Virus record (IMG/VR): IMGVR_UViG_3300042885_000725
Location: 5,591-69,590 of that record
Origin: a virus
Length of the DNA: 64,000 bases
Strand: one strand, 5' to 3'
Shown: positions 8,191 through 17,607 of the stretch, in pieces
Numbering within the stretch: the first letter of the stretch is position 1
Layout: each line of letters starts with the position of its first letter
The notes under the pieces: generated by a model
Databases searched by the model: none
Seen by the model: only the letters and a program-made list of their open reading frames with translations
What the model was told of the DNA's origin: nothing
Program-made: the position numbers and the translations under genes

Positions 8191-9443
8191 TGGCTACTAT
8201 TACAACATTAAAAGCAGGTAACTGGTCAGACCCTACTGTTTGGAACGGTGGGGTTCTTCCTGGAGTAAACGATTATGCACAAGCAGGTCATGCAGTAGTA
8301 ATAGACCAAGATATTACTGTTCTTGGTTTAAGAATTACTGCAAATATTAATGGTTTTACAGTTAGTGGAAGTACAACAAGAACTATTAATTTAACTGCTA
8401 CTGATGCAATTGCTTACACAACATCAGCAGGTACATGGTTAAATATTACTAATACAGGAACTACAAATATTACTACATATTTTACTGCAAATGCTAACAA
8501 TGTTGCACAGAGTTATATTAGTTGTAATAGTACAGGTGGAACTATAAATATAAATATTTTAGGTGGTTGGACATTTCCAATAAATAGTGGAGGTTCTCCA
8601 GTTTTTTTTACAGGTACATCATCAAATCAAATTGTTAATATTACAGGTGATATATTTGAAAATAATTTGGCTCAACCTGCACTTCAAATACTAGGGACTA
8701 ACAATACAGTTAATATGACTGGTAATATTGCAACATCTACTCAATCAGCACAAGTAAATAGTATTTTAGTAGCAAGTGGTTCTGTTAATAATAAGTTTAA
8801 TTTAACAGGCAATATAAGTGGTGTAGGTACATTTTTAACAACAACTAATACAACTTTAAGTGTATCTTTAAACGGAATTTTACAAGGTGGTTCTGTTAAT
8901 AATATGATAAACTCATCTTCAACTGCTACATTTAAAGTTTCAGGAATAATTAGTCAACAAAATAATGTAAACCCTATTTTTGTTAAAAAAATAAGAATAG
9001 ATTCAGCATTAGATACAACATGGACTTATAATACAGATGTGGTAGGTGTTAATAAAACTTTATATACATCAGGAACAGCACAAGGACAACCTGCTATAAA
9101 TAATGTTAGAAGTGGTACAGTTTATGGTGCTAATTTTGAATATACAGGTACATTAATAATGGCAACACCAGCTAATGTAAGAAAAGGAGTACCAACAGAT
9201 GCAACAGTAGGAACAGCTGATTTAACAGTAAATGATTTTTGGAATAAGCTTACAAGTGAACTTACTACAAGCGGAAGTGTAGGTAAATTACTTACTGATA
9301 ATGTAGATACTCAAATATCTACAAGAGCAACTGATTCAGGTGTTATAAGTGAATTAAATACATCAAGTACAGATGTTGCAGTAAGAATGAGAAATGTATC
9401 AACAGTAGGAATTACTGGACAACAACTTGCAGGTCAAGGTTAA
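8190..9443 (+). CDS. beta-helix spike/fibre protein, copy 1
   Basis: AGNWSD..VW.GGV.P N-terminus; Thr/Asn/Gly-rich VNITG repeats. Confidence 0.7.
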   Translation: MATITTLKAGNWSDPTVWNGGVLPGVNDYAQAGHAVVIDQDITVLGLRITANINGFTVSGSTTRTINLTATDAIAYTTSAGTWLNITNTGTTNITTYFTANANNVAQSYISCNSTGGTININILGGWTFPINSGGSPVFFTGTSSNQIVNITGDIFENNLAQPALQILGTNNTVNMTGNIATSTQSAQVNSILVASGSVNNKFNLTGNISGVGTFLTTTNTTLSVSLNGILQGGSVNNMINSSSTATFKVSGIISQQNNVNPIFVKKIRIDSALDTTWTYNTDVVGVNKTLYTSGTAQGQPAINNVRSGTVYGANFEYTGTLIMATPANVRKGVPTDATVGTADLTVNDFWNKLTSELTTSGSVGKLLTDNVDTQISTRATDSGVISELNTSSTDVAVRMRNVSTVGITGQQLAGQG

Positions 9444-9454
9444 AATTTAAATAT

Positions 9455-9613
9455 ATGAAACATAGCATAGTAATGAATTATAGTGGGGAAGGTTATTCCT
9501 TGATAATTAACACATTTGAAATAAATGCTGAAGGTGAAAGAATTTATGATAGTTCACAAGTTTATGTAGATAAGACTTATGAAGAGTGTATAACTTTAAT
9601 AAATGAAATATAA
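9455..9613 (+). CDS. 52-aa protein, copy 2 (MKHSIVMNYSGEGYSL...)
   Basis: Same length as, and clearly paralogous to, 8032..8190; TAATG-coupled. Confidence 0.75.
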   Translation: MKHSIVMNYSGEGYSLIINTFEINAEGERIYDSSQVYVDKTYEECITLINEI

Positions 9614-10890
9614 TGGCAACTATTATAGCTTCTAAAGCAGGCAATTGGTCTGATACTACAGTATGGACGGGTGGTGTATTACCAGGTGTAAATGATTATG
9701 CTTCAACAGCATTTGCTATAACTTTAGACCAAGATATTACTGTTCTTGGACTAAGATTTACAACAACTGCAGGAGTAATTATTATTACTGGTTCAACTAA
9801 TAGAACAATGAATTTAACTGCTACTGATGCTTTTACTTATAGTAATACAAACCCAATAAATTCAAGTTATATAGTAATAACAAATACTGCTACTACTAAT
9901 ATAAATTCCTATTTTCCACTAACTGGTAGTAATTCAGGCACTAAAACAATTAATTGTAATAGTAATGGTGGTACTGTAAATATTGTTGCAACGGATGGCT
10001 TGCTATACAATGGAGATGCTACTACAAGACAAAGTACCCCGATTCTTTTTGGTGGTTCTTCCTCAAATCAAACAGTAAATATTACAGGTAATTTAGTATC
10101 AAATAGTCTATATCAGTTTTTTCTTACAATGGCAGGTACTAATAACACTGTTAATTTTATTGGGGACATTGGTACGTCATCAACTAGTACTCAATCTAAT
10201 TTTAATATGCTTAATGGTACTAACTGCACTTTAAACATAACAGGTACAATTATAGGGAATGCAGCACAATGTATAACAGGTCTTAATTCAACAGTAAAAG
10301 TAAATGTTAATGGTATTGTTCAAGGACAATCTACTGGAAATTTAATTGAATTAACAACTGGTAATGCTTTAGTAACCTTTTCAGGTGCCGTAACTAATCT
10401 AAATGATTTTGAAGCATTTTATTGTAAAAATTTAAGACTTAAAAACGGAGTAGAAACTCAAAAAACATATCAAACACAAGTTTTAAATCAAAATAAAACT
10501 ATGTATTCAAGTGCTACTGGAATAGGAATGCCTTTTGCTACTAATGTTAGAAATGGTGTAACTTATGGTGATGCAAGTCAATTTAGTGGTAGTATGATCG
10601 TACCAACTCCTTCTGATGTAAGAGTAAATGTTCCTACTGATAATACAGTTGGTACAGGAGATTTAACGGCAGAAGATATATGGAATAAACTAACTTCTGA
10701 AATAACAACATCAGGAAGTATAGGTAAATTATTAAAAGATAATTTAGATGCTTCAGTTTCTTCAAGAGCAAGTAACGCTGGTGTAGTTACAGAATTAAAT
10801 ACTTCAAGTGTAGATGTAGCGGTTAGATTAAGAAATGCATCAACTGTAGTTATTACAGGAGAGCAAATTGAACTTTCATGTGGAAATTAA
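9613..10890 (+). CDS. beta-helix spike/fibre protein, copy 2
   Basis: Paralog of 8190..9443 with conserved ends and a divergent middle. Confidence 0.7.
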   Translation: MATIIASKAGNWSDTTVWTGGVLPGVNDYASTAFAITLDQDITVLGLRFTTTAGVIIITGSTNRTMNLTATDAFTYSNTNPINSSYIVITNTATTNINSYFPLTGSNSGTKTINCNSNGGTVNIVATDGLLYNGDATTRQSTPILFGGSSSNQTVNITGNLVSNSLYQFFLTMAGTNNTVNFIGDIGTSSTSTQSNFNMLNGTNCTLNITGTIIGNAAQCITGLNSTVKVNVNGIVQGQSTGNLIELTTGNALVTFSGAVTNLNDFEAFYCKNLRLKNGVETQKTYQTQVLNQNKTMYSSATGIGMPFATNVRNGVTYGDASQFSGSMIVPTPSDVRVNVPTDNTVGTGDLTAEDIWNKLTSEITTSGSIGKLLKDNLDASVSSRASNAGVVTELNTSSVDVAVRLRNASTVVITGEQIELSCGN

Positions 10891-10972
10891 AATTTAAATT
10901 ATAAGGGTAGTTATATAAGAATATCCTAAAATTTTTTGTATATTATTATATATATTTATAAACTTATTAAAC

Positions 10973-11272
10973 ATGGATTCTAGTACACTAACAATTGTAT
11001 TATTCATTACAGCAACAATAGTTACTGTCTTTGGTTTCTTTTTAAAGAATGCCTATAATGATACAAGAAAAGACATTGAAATTTTACTAAAGGGAGCTCA
11101 ACATCATGCTGAGGAACTTGGTAAATTAAAAGGAAAGATAGAACTTGTAGAACAAGAAGCAAGATTGAAGTATCAAGCAATTCAAGAACAAACACAGTTA
11201 GAGATAAAGAATCTTGCAAGAAATGTAAGTGAGCTTTCAGATGCTGTAAGACAGTTTGTAATCAATAAATAA
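10973..11272 (+). CDS. lysis-associated membrane protein (holin/spanin-like)
   Basis: N-terminal TM helix plus coiled coil; upstream of holin and lysin. Confidence 0.55.
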   Translation: MDSSTLTIVLFITATIVTVFGFFLKNAYNDTRKDIEILLKGAQHHAEELGKLKGKIELVEQEARLKYQAIQEQTQLEIKNLARNVSELSDAVRQFVINK

Positions 11273-11276
11273 TCAT

Positions 11277-11504
11277 ATGGAAGGTCTAAGTTTAAAAGAA
11301 AGATTTAAAGCACCTACACCTAAGTTTTGGAAAAAAGTGCAAAGAATAGGATTAGTTCTAACTGCTGTAGGAACAGCATTAGCAACAGCTCCAGTATCTT
11401 TACCAGCTATAGTTGTAACAGTTGCTGGATATGCTGCATTTGGAGGAGGTTTAATAGCTACTATGTCACAGTTAACAGTAGATGATTCTCAAGTTGCAAA
11501 TTAA
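11277..11504 (+). CDS. putative holin
   Basis: R..APTPKFWKKV followed by two TM segments and SQLTV, directly before the lysin. Confidence 0.7.
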   Translation: MEGLSLKERFKAPTPKFWKKVQRIGLVLTAVGTALATAPVSLPAIVVTVAGYAAFGGGLIATMSQLTVDDSQVAN

Positions 11505-11514
11505 AAATTAAAGT

Positions 11515-12108
11515 ATGACAAACGTAAGAACCTATAATGATAAAGAATTACTAAATAAAGTAAAATCTTTACCATCATTTAAAAGTGTTCCTCAAGGTTA
11601 TTGGATACTTGGAATAAGATCTAATGAAGATGCAGCAAATAAGTTTGATGATAAATTTTATTTATTTAATGGTGAACTTTTTGTAACAGTAACAACAGGA
11701 ACTACAAATCCGGGTACACCTGTTTTAGAAGGAGGTTTTTTAAAGTATAATAAATTAGGAGCAGCTGTAGTTAAAGCAGATGAATGGTATCATGATGTTT
11801 GGACTTATGGTCTTCATTTGGGTAAGATGCCTGCATTAAAACAAGTAGGAAATTTTATTGTTTATAGAGATGGTGACAGAGATCAAAAATCAGAAGAAAT
11901 TGGGATTCCTATTAAAGGCTCTGGCTATGGTATTAACTTCCATGCTGCTACTTATGACAGTAACTTTAAAGGTCTTCAAGAAAATATTGGTAACTGGTCT
12001 GCAGGTTGTCAGGTAGTGAATAATAAACAAAAACATTTAGAAATTATTAAACTTGTGAAACCACAAAAGAAAGTTACTTATGTTTTATTAAATGAATTTG
12101 AAGTATGA
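11515..12108 (+). CDS. putative endolysin, L,D-transpeptidase (YkuD)-like Cys peptidase
   Basis: GINFH...IGNWSAGCQV His/Cys motif; follows the holin. Confidence 0.65.
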   Translation: MTNVRTYNDKELLNKVKSLPSFKSVPQGYWILGIRSNEDAANKFDDKFYLFNGELFVTVTTGTTNPGTPVLEGGFLKYNKLGAAVVKADEWYHDVWTYGLHLGKMPALKQVGNFIVYRDGDRDQKSEEIGIPIKGSGYGINFHAATYDSNFKGLQENIGNWSAGCQVVNNKQKHLEIIKLVKPQKKVTYVLLNEFEV

Positions 12109-12263
12109 AATTTAGAAACAATTGGAAATCCCCAACTAAACAGTGGGATAAGTTAATTTTAAAATTAAGGGTGTCAAGTCTTGATTTATTTAGTGTAGAA
12201 ATAGATGTGACTAGAGACTTCTACTCACTTACTATATTAAACTTTACAATTAAGAATAGGTAA
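12105..12263 (+). CDS. 52-aa hypothetical protein (MKFRNNWKSPTKQWDK...)
   Basis: ATGA overlap with the lysin; ends before a terminator; not in the ORF track. Confidence 0.65.
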   Translation: MKFRNNWKSPTKQWDKLILKLRVSSLDLFSVEIDVTRDFYSLTILNFTIKNR

Positions 12264-12291
12264 TACACATTACCGTAACTCACATTACTAT

Positions 12292-12322
12292 AATCCAGGT
12301 GTATAAAGCATCTGGATTTTTT
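12292..12322 (+). terminator. Rho-independent terminator
   Basis: AATCCAGGTG / CATCTGGATT stem plus T-run. Confidence 0.8.
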
Positions 12323-12326
12323 GTTT

Positions 12327-12381
12327 TAAACATAATAGATTTAAACTTTATTAGTATCTTTGTTTAAACTTAAAAAGTATA
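12327..12381 (+). promoter_or_regulatory. -7 promoter element (TATCTTTG, 12355-12362) flanked by two 17-bp palindromes
   Basis: TAAACATAATAGATTTA (12327-12343) and TAAACTTAAAAAGTATA (12365-12381) bracket the TAnnTTTG box. Confidence 0.55.
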
Positions 12382-12385
12382 AATT

Positions 12386-12676
12386 ATGTCAAACCAACAT
12401 GAAGAGCAAGAGTTAACTCAAGAAGAGTTAGCAGCAAGAAAAGAAGAAATGAAAGCATTTTATGATGATTCATTACCTTATTTAGAATCACAAGCAAAGT
12501 ATGAAAAGTTCTTAACTGAAATTGAGGAAGCAAGATTTAAGAGAGCAACTATTCAAATGCAATGGGCTAACATCATGGCTGCACAACAAGAGCAAGATAC
12601 AAGTGACCGTGAAGAGGAAAAAGAAACTGCGGAACAACATGCTCCTACAGCAGAAAGAAAACTTAAAAAATCATAA
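12386..12676 (+). CDS. hypothetical coiled-coil protein
   Basis: 96-aa acidic helical ORF. Confidence 0.75.
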   Translation: MSNQHEEQELTQEELAARKEEMKAFYDDSLPYLESQAKYEKFLTEIEEARFKRATIQMQWANIMAAQQEQDTSDREEEKETAEQHAPTAERKLKKS

Positions 12677-12678
12677 GA

Positions 12679-13068
12679 ATGGCAACAGTTAACCAAGTTC
12701 AAAAAAAGGTTAAGATGCCTAAATGGGATGTGGTTAAGTTTCAGATATTAACTCATTGCTATATTAACCGTATAGTGATGAGTGAATCTGATTTAAACTG
12801 TTTAACTCTATTAAGTTTTAACCAACCAATAGAGCTTACTCATTTTTGTTATGATGCTTCTTCAGAAGAGGACTGGATATTCAAGTCACCTCAAACTGTT
12901 AGAAACTGTGTAAACAAAGCTGAGAAGAATGGATTGATAGTAAAAGATCCAAATAATAAAAAACAAGTGATGTTAAATCCAGCATTGAAAATACAAACAG
13001 CAGGTACAATTTTACTTGATTATAAATTATTAGGTTATGAATCCGAAGAAAGCAGTCAACCTGTATAA
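12679..13068 (+). CDS. putative winged-helix DNA-binding protein
   Basis: FKSPQTVRNCVNKAEKNGLIVK..KQVMLNP fits a recognition helix plus wing. Confidence 0.6.
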   Translation: MATVNQVQKKVKMPKWDVVKFQILTHCYINRIVMSESDLNCLTLLSFNQPIELTHFCYDASSEEDWIFKSPQTVRNCVNKAEKNGLIVKDPNNKKQVMLNPALKIQTAGTILLDYKLLGYESEESSQPV

Positions 13069-13426
13069 AACAATTTCTGAGGAATTAGAAGTTGATAGTA
13101 ATTTAGTAGAGGACTTAATGGACTATGTATATAAAACATTAAAGAAAAATCTTACTAACTTATCTCATCCTAGAATTAATGTAGATGGTTTAGGACAATT
13201 TGTAGCTAAACCATATGCTATTAAAAAAGGTATTGAAACTATAGAAACAAAACTAATCACTCATGACACATCAACATTTGCCGCATACCAACATAAAAAA
13301 GTTTTAGAAATAAAAGTTGAGGCAATGAAGAATCTGCATGAGATGATTGTTAAAGAAGAAGAAAGAAAAACTAATTTTAAAAAATCTAAAGATGAAGCCA
13401 AACTTAAAGGAGATTTGGAAAAATAG
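13037..13426 (+). CDS. IHF/HU-like DNA-binding protein
   Basis: LYKTISEEL...VEDLMD...RINVDGLGQFVAK HU-like pattern. Confidence 0.65.
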   Translation: MNPKKAVNLYKTISEELEVDSNLVEDLMDYVYKTLKKNLTNLSHPRINVDGLGQFVAKPYAIKKGIETIETKLITHDTSTFAAYQHKKVLEIKVEAMKNLHEMIVKEEERKTNFKKSKDEAKLKGDLEK

Positions 13427-13697
13427 AACCCAAATCATGGAAGGTGTTAAGAATTCCATTATAAGAGATAGATTTGTTGAGGAGATAGCTGCAGCTAGAA
13501 TGCAACACTGTAATGCATGTGTAAGAAAAGATGATAAAGGTGACTCTTGTGCTTTAACAGGATCACAACCATGTTGTCAATTATGTGGATGCTCATTAAA
13601 ATTTAAAGTAAGATCTCTTTCATCAGACTGTCCTGATTTAAGATGGAAAGCCGTAATATCAGAAGAAGATGAAGACAAACTTGACGCACTTAAATGA
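13392..13697 (+). CDS. Zn-finger protein (start revised to ATG 13392)
   Basis: R..HCNAC...C...CCQLCGC.L..KVR.....CP..RW. Confidence 0.7.
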   Translation: MKPNLKEIWKNRTQIMEGVKNSIIRDRFVEEIAAARMQHCNACVRKDDKGDSCALTGSQPCCQLCGCSLKFKVRSLSSDCPDLRWKAVISEEDEDKLDALK

Positions 13698-14049
13698 TAC
13701 TGGTAAGTATGCAATGGGTGGTATAAACCAACCATTATCAATTACAGATTCAGATATATCATCTATTATTACTAGTAGCAACAGTGGTAAATGGGTACCA
13801 ATGGATGGTCCTTCTGAACCTAATATAATGCTTAGTGATGAAAAGGGTACTAAAAAAATTACAGCAGAATACCTTAGACAAATAGAAAGAAATAGTGTTT
13901 CAATATTTCTTAGATTACTTGTGTTTGAAGGTAAGTTTACAAAAGAAGAAACTGATAATATTAAAAACATGCTAGAGTCTAATGATTTAGCTTCAGTAGA
14001 ACTAGCATGTGTAATTTTAAAAAATGAAGGTTATGAGTATATACTTTAG
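13669..14049 (+). CDS. hypothetical protein (true start possibly 13714)
   Basis: ORF fills the gap between its neighbours. Confidence 0.6.
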   Translation: MKTNLTHLNDTGKYAMGGINQPLSITDSDISSIITSSNSGKWVPMDGPSEPNIMLSDEKGTKKITAEYLRQIERNSVSIFLRLLVFEGKFTKEETDNIKNMLESNDLASVELACVILKNEGYEYIL

Positions 14050-14872
14050 TGCAACAGATCATACTTACAAAAGCTTAGAAACTGAAGATAAAGTTAATTG
14101 GATAAGTGTAACAACTTTAGTTGCTCACTTTAAAAAACCTTTTGATGCTAAATCTATTGCTGCAAAAGTTTCTAAGAATAAGAGATCTAAATGGTTTGGT
14201 ATTGATCCAAAGAAGATACAAGAGATTTGGGAAACCGAATCTGAAAGAGCTGTGACTATGGGAACATATTATCACAATCAGAGAGAAGCGGATCTTTGTG
14301 CATTATCATCTCTTGAAGTTGATGGAAAAAACATACCTATTTTTATTCCTAATGAAACAACAGAAAGTGGTATAAAACTTGCACCTAGTCAGAAGCTAGA
14401 AGAAGGAGTATATCCGGAACATATGGTATATCTTAAATCTGCAGGTATCTGTGGTCAATCAGATTTAGTTGAAGTGGTGAATGGTAAAATAAACATCATT
14501 GACTACAAGACAAACAAAGAGATCAAGAAAGAATCTTTTGTAAACTGGGAAGGAGCTTCAGATAAATTACAATTTCCATTAGATGGTTTAGATGATTGTA
14601 ACTTTAATCATTATGCAATCCAGTTAAGTATTTACATGTACATCATGCTTAAACATAATCCTAAATTAAAACCAGGAAAAATGTTTATACACCATGTTGT
14701 ATTTGAAGTAGAGTCTGAAGATGAGTATGGATATCCAGTTATTAAACTTGATCATAATGGAGATCCTGTAATAAAAGATGTAATTCCCATGGCAATTCCG
14801 TATCTTGTAGATGAGGTTAATGCTTTAATGCATTATATCAAAGACAACAAAATAGTAATTAAAAAGAAATAG
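14033..14872 (+). CDS. PD-(D/E)XK exonuclease
   Basis: SVTT..., GT.YH, GICGQSDLV...IIDYKTN and HYAIQLSIY motifs. Confidence 0.85.
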   Translation: MSIYFSATDHTYKSLETEDKVNWISVTTLVAHFKKPFDAKSIAAKVSKNKRSKWFGIDPKKIQEIWETESERAVTMGTYYHNQREADLCALSSLEVDGKNIPIFIPNETTESGIKLAPSQKLEEGVYPEHMVYLKSAGICGQSDLVEVVNGKINIIDYKTNKEIKKESFVNWEGASDKLQFPLDGLDDCNFNHYAIQLSIYMYIMLKHNPKLKPGKMFIHHVVFEVESEDEYGYPVIKLDHNGDPVIKDVIPMAIPYLVDEVNALMHYIKDNKIVIKKK

Positions 14873-14873
14873 T

Positions 14874-15389
14874 ATGCTAGTAAGATTATTTGATGTACAG
14901 AATGGCACTGTAATTCCTACAGAACATTGTTATACACTGAAAGCTTTAAAGGATATTATGGACAATTATCCGGATGAATACTTAAAGATTTATCAGTATT
15001 TGTTTTACATGACTTGTCCTAATCCTGATATGAATCCATTTTTCTATACACCTGAAGTAGATAAAGAATCTTTAATCCTTCAGGAAATAGAAGCAGAGTT
15101 TTCTACAGAAGATGATGACATTGCTATTGGTTTGCTATTCTGTCAAAGAATGTATGAAACACCAACATCCCGAGCATATAAAGGTATTGCATCTATGCTA
15201 GATAGATTAGCAAAGTTTATGGAAACTTCTACTCTTACTACAGGTAGAGATGGTAACATGAACTCTATCATTGCAGCTGCTAAAAGTTTTAATGACATCA
15301 GAACTTCATTTAAAGGAGTGTACAAAGATTTACAAGAAGAACAATCCAGCAAAGTGCGCGGGGGAATCGGTTTAGGATATGATCAATAA
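14874..15389 (+). CDS. conserved protein upstream of terminase (putative terminase small subunit)
   Basis: Directly before TerL; C-terminal ...VRGG like crAss-like pre-terminase genes. Confidence 0.55.
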   Translation: MLVRLFDVQNGTVIPTEHCYTLKALKDIMDNYPDEYLKIYQYLFYMTCPNPDMNPFFYTPEVDKESLILQEIEAEFSTEDDDIAIGLLFCQRMYETPTSRAYKGIASMLDRLAKFMETSTLTTGRDGNMNSIIAAAKSFNDIRTSFKGVYKDLQEEQSSKVRGGIGLGYDQ

Positions 15390-15391
15390 TT

Positions 15392-17605
15392 ATGAGAGAA
15401 ATATATCAAGACATACCTACATGGGATAACGGTACATGGACCACTACTGACTTTAACTCCAGAGAAGAATTCTATGAATACTTATTGACCAATGTTTTTA
15501 AAGAACCTGGTAAGTATGAGTTTAATGATACTACCACAAGTTTATTTACACAAGAGTCTGCAAAGTTTAATAGAGATAAAGTTTACTGTACTGCTCCATT
15601 TAAATCTAAAGATTTTATTGCTTATTGGGATGACCAAAAAGCAAAATGTAGAAGAGGTGTTCTTATTAAAGAAAAAGGTAAAGTCTGGTATATGACCAGA
15701 GACTACTATATGTGGTTGAACTTCTTACCTATCTTTAACAAAGAGATTCAAAAATTTGGTTTTGCTGATATCCGGGATGCTCAGTATCATATGGCTTTAT
15801 ATGAGATATTAGCAGAACTAAACTATAATCACATTGCTATTCTTAAAAAAAGACAGATAGCTTCTTCTTATTACCACATGGCTAAACTTCTTAACCAACA
15901 ATGGTTTGAAGAAGGGGTTACTCTAAAGATTGGGGCCAGTCTTAAAGACTACATCAATGAGAAAGGATCTTGGAAATTTTTACAAGAGTACGCGGCTTTT
16001 CTTAATGAACATACTGCATGGTATAGACCAATGTCTCCAGACAAGGTTATGATGTGGCAACAAAAGATTGAAGTAAGAAGAGGAGACAGAAAAACAGAAG
16101 TAGGTCTTAAAGGTACTATACAAGGTATGTCATTTGAAAAGGATCCAACAAATGGTGTAGGGGGTCCGGTAAAATACTTCTTTCATGAGGAAGCAGGGAT
16201 TGCTCCAAGGATGGATAATACATATGAGTATATGCGTCCAGCCATGAGATCTGGTTTAACAACTACTGGAGTATTTATTGCTGCAGGATCGGTAGGGGAT
16301 TTATCTCAGTGTGAACCATTGAGAAAAATGATTCTTTATCCAAAAGAAAATGATATCTATTCTGTGGAAACAGACTTACTAGATAATAAAGGTTCTGTAG
16401 GAAGATCAGGGTTATTCATTCCTGAGCAATGGTCTATGCCTCCATATATTGATAACTTTGGGAATTCTAAAGTACAAGAAGCATTAGAAGCACTAGATGA
16501 TCAGTTTGAGAAATGGAAAAAAGAACTTGCTCCAGAGACATATCAGTTAAGGATTTCTCAGCATCCAAGAAATATTGAAGAAGCTTTTGCTAACAGAACT
16601 ATATCTAAGTTCCCAATGCATCTTGTAACAGCACAGCAAAGAAGGATTGAAGATAAAGAATATGCTTATGAATTCTTAGATTTAGGTAGAGATGCTAATG
16701 GTAAAATACTTCCTGAGCATAGTAACAGAAGACCAATTACAGAATTCCCAATTACAAAAAATACTGAAGATAAAACAGGAGTTCTTGTAGTATGGGAAAG
16801 ACCGGTTGAGAATCCTAGCTTTGGTATGTACTACGCAAGTATTGACCCCGTGGCTGAGGGTAAAACAACTACATCAGAATCCTTATGTTCTATCTATATT
16901 ATGAAAGCTCCTGTAGAAGTAACAAAGGTTACAGGTATAGAAACTGAAACATATATAGAACCAGATAAAATTGTAGCAGCATGGTGCGGAAGGTTTGATG
17001 ATATTAATAAAACACATCAGAGACTAGAGACAATTATTGAATGGTATAATGCCTGGACAGTAATTGAGAACAACATCTCATTATTTATCCAATACATGAT
17101 CTCTAGAAAGAAGCAGAAGTACTTGGTACCAAAAAGTCAAATAATGTTCTTAAAAGACCTGGGATCTAATAATTCAGTATACCAGGAGTATGGTTGGAAG
17201 AATACAGGAACATTATTTAAAGCTCACTTATTGAGTTATGCTATTGAGTACACAAAAGAAGAACTTGATGTTGAAACTAAATCTGATGGTACTATTGTAA
17301 GAACTAAATATGGTATTGAAAGAATACCAGACATTATGTTACTCAAAGAAATGGCTGCTTACTCAGATGGAGTCAATGTGGATAGACTTGTTGCCTTCTG
17401 TGCAATGGTTGCATTTATGAGAATTCAACAAGCAAATAGAGGTTATAGTAAAAGGGTCATCATGGATGATGCGGCCAAAAACTTGCAAAAGTCAGAAAAT
17501 TTGTATAAATTAAGTAGTAGTCCTTTCCGTCACATGGGTAGGAGTGCAGGTAGTTCATCAGGAGGAAAGAATATAAATAGATCTCCATTTAAAAATATAA
17601 GATAG
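15392..17605 (+). CDS. terL: terminase large subunit
   Basis: ILKKRQIASS (Walker A-like), FFHEEAG (Walker B), YASIDPV nuclease Asp, NVDRLVA; upstream of portal. Confidence 0.92.
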   Translation: MREIYQDIPTWDNGTWTTTDFNSREEFYEYLLTNVFKEPGKYEFNDTTTSLFTQESAKFNRDKVYCTAPFKSKDFIAYWDDQKAKCRRGVLIKEKGKVWYMTRDYYMWLNFLPIFNKEIQKFGFADIRDAQYHMALYEILAELNYNHIAILKKRQIASSYYHMAKLLNQQWFEEGVTLKIGASLKDYINEKGSWKFLQEYAAFLNEHTAWYRPMSPDKVMMWQQKIEVRRGDRKTEVGLKGTIQGMSFEKDPTNGVGGPVKYFFHEEAGIAPRMDNTYEYMRPAMRSGLTTTGVFIAAGSVGDLSQCEPLRKMILYPKENDIYSVETDLLDNKGSVGRSGLFIPEQWSMPPYIDNFGNSKVQEALEALDDQFEKWKKELAPETYQLRISQHPRNIEEAFANRTISKFPMHLVTAQQRRIEDKEYAYEFLDLGRDANGKILPEHSNRRPITEFPITKNTEDKTGVLVVWERPVENPSFGMYYASIDPVAEGKTTTSESLCSIYIMKAPVEVTKVTGIETETYIEPDKIVAAWCGRFDDINKTHQRLETIIEWYNAWTVIENNISLFIQYMISRKKQKYLVPKSQIMFLKDLGSNNSVYQEYGWKNTGTLFKAHLLSYAIEYTKEELDVETKSDGTIVRTKYGIERIPDIMLLKEMAAYSDGVNVDRLVAFCAMVAFMRIQQANRGYSKRVIMDDAAKNLQKSENLYKLSSSPFRHMGRSAGSSSGGKNINRSPFKNIR

Positions 17606-17607
17606 TT

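Noticed and set aside
14033-14872. Cas4/CRISPR interpretation of the PD-(D/E)XK nuclease
   Set aside because: No C-terminal Fe-S cysteine cluster, no other cas genes and no array; a standalone phage exonuclease fits better.
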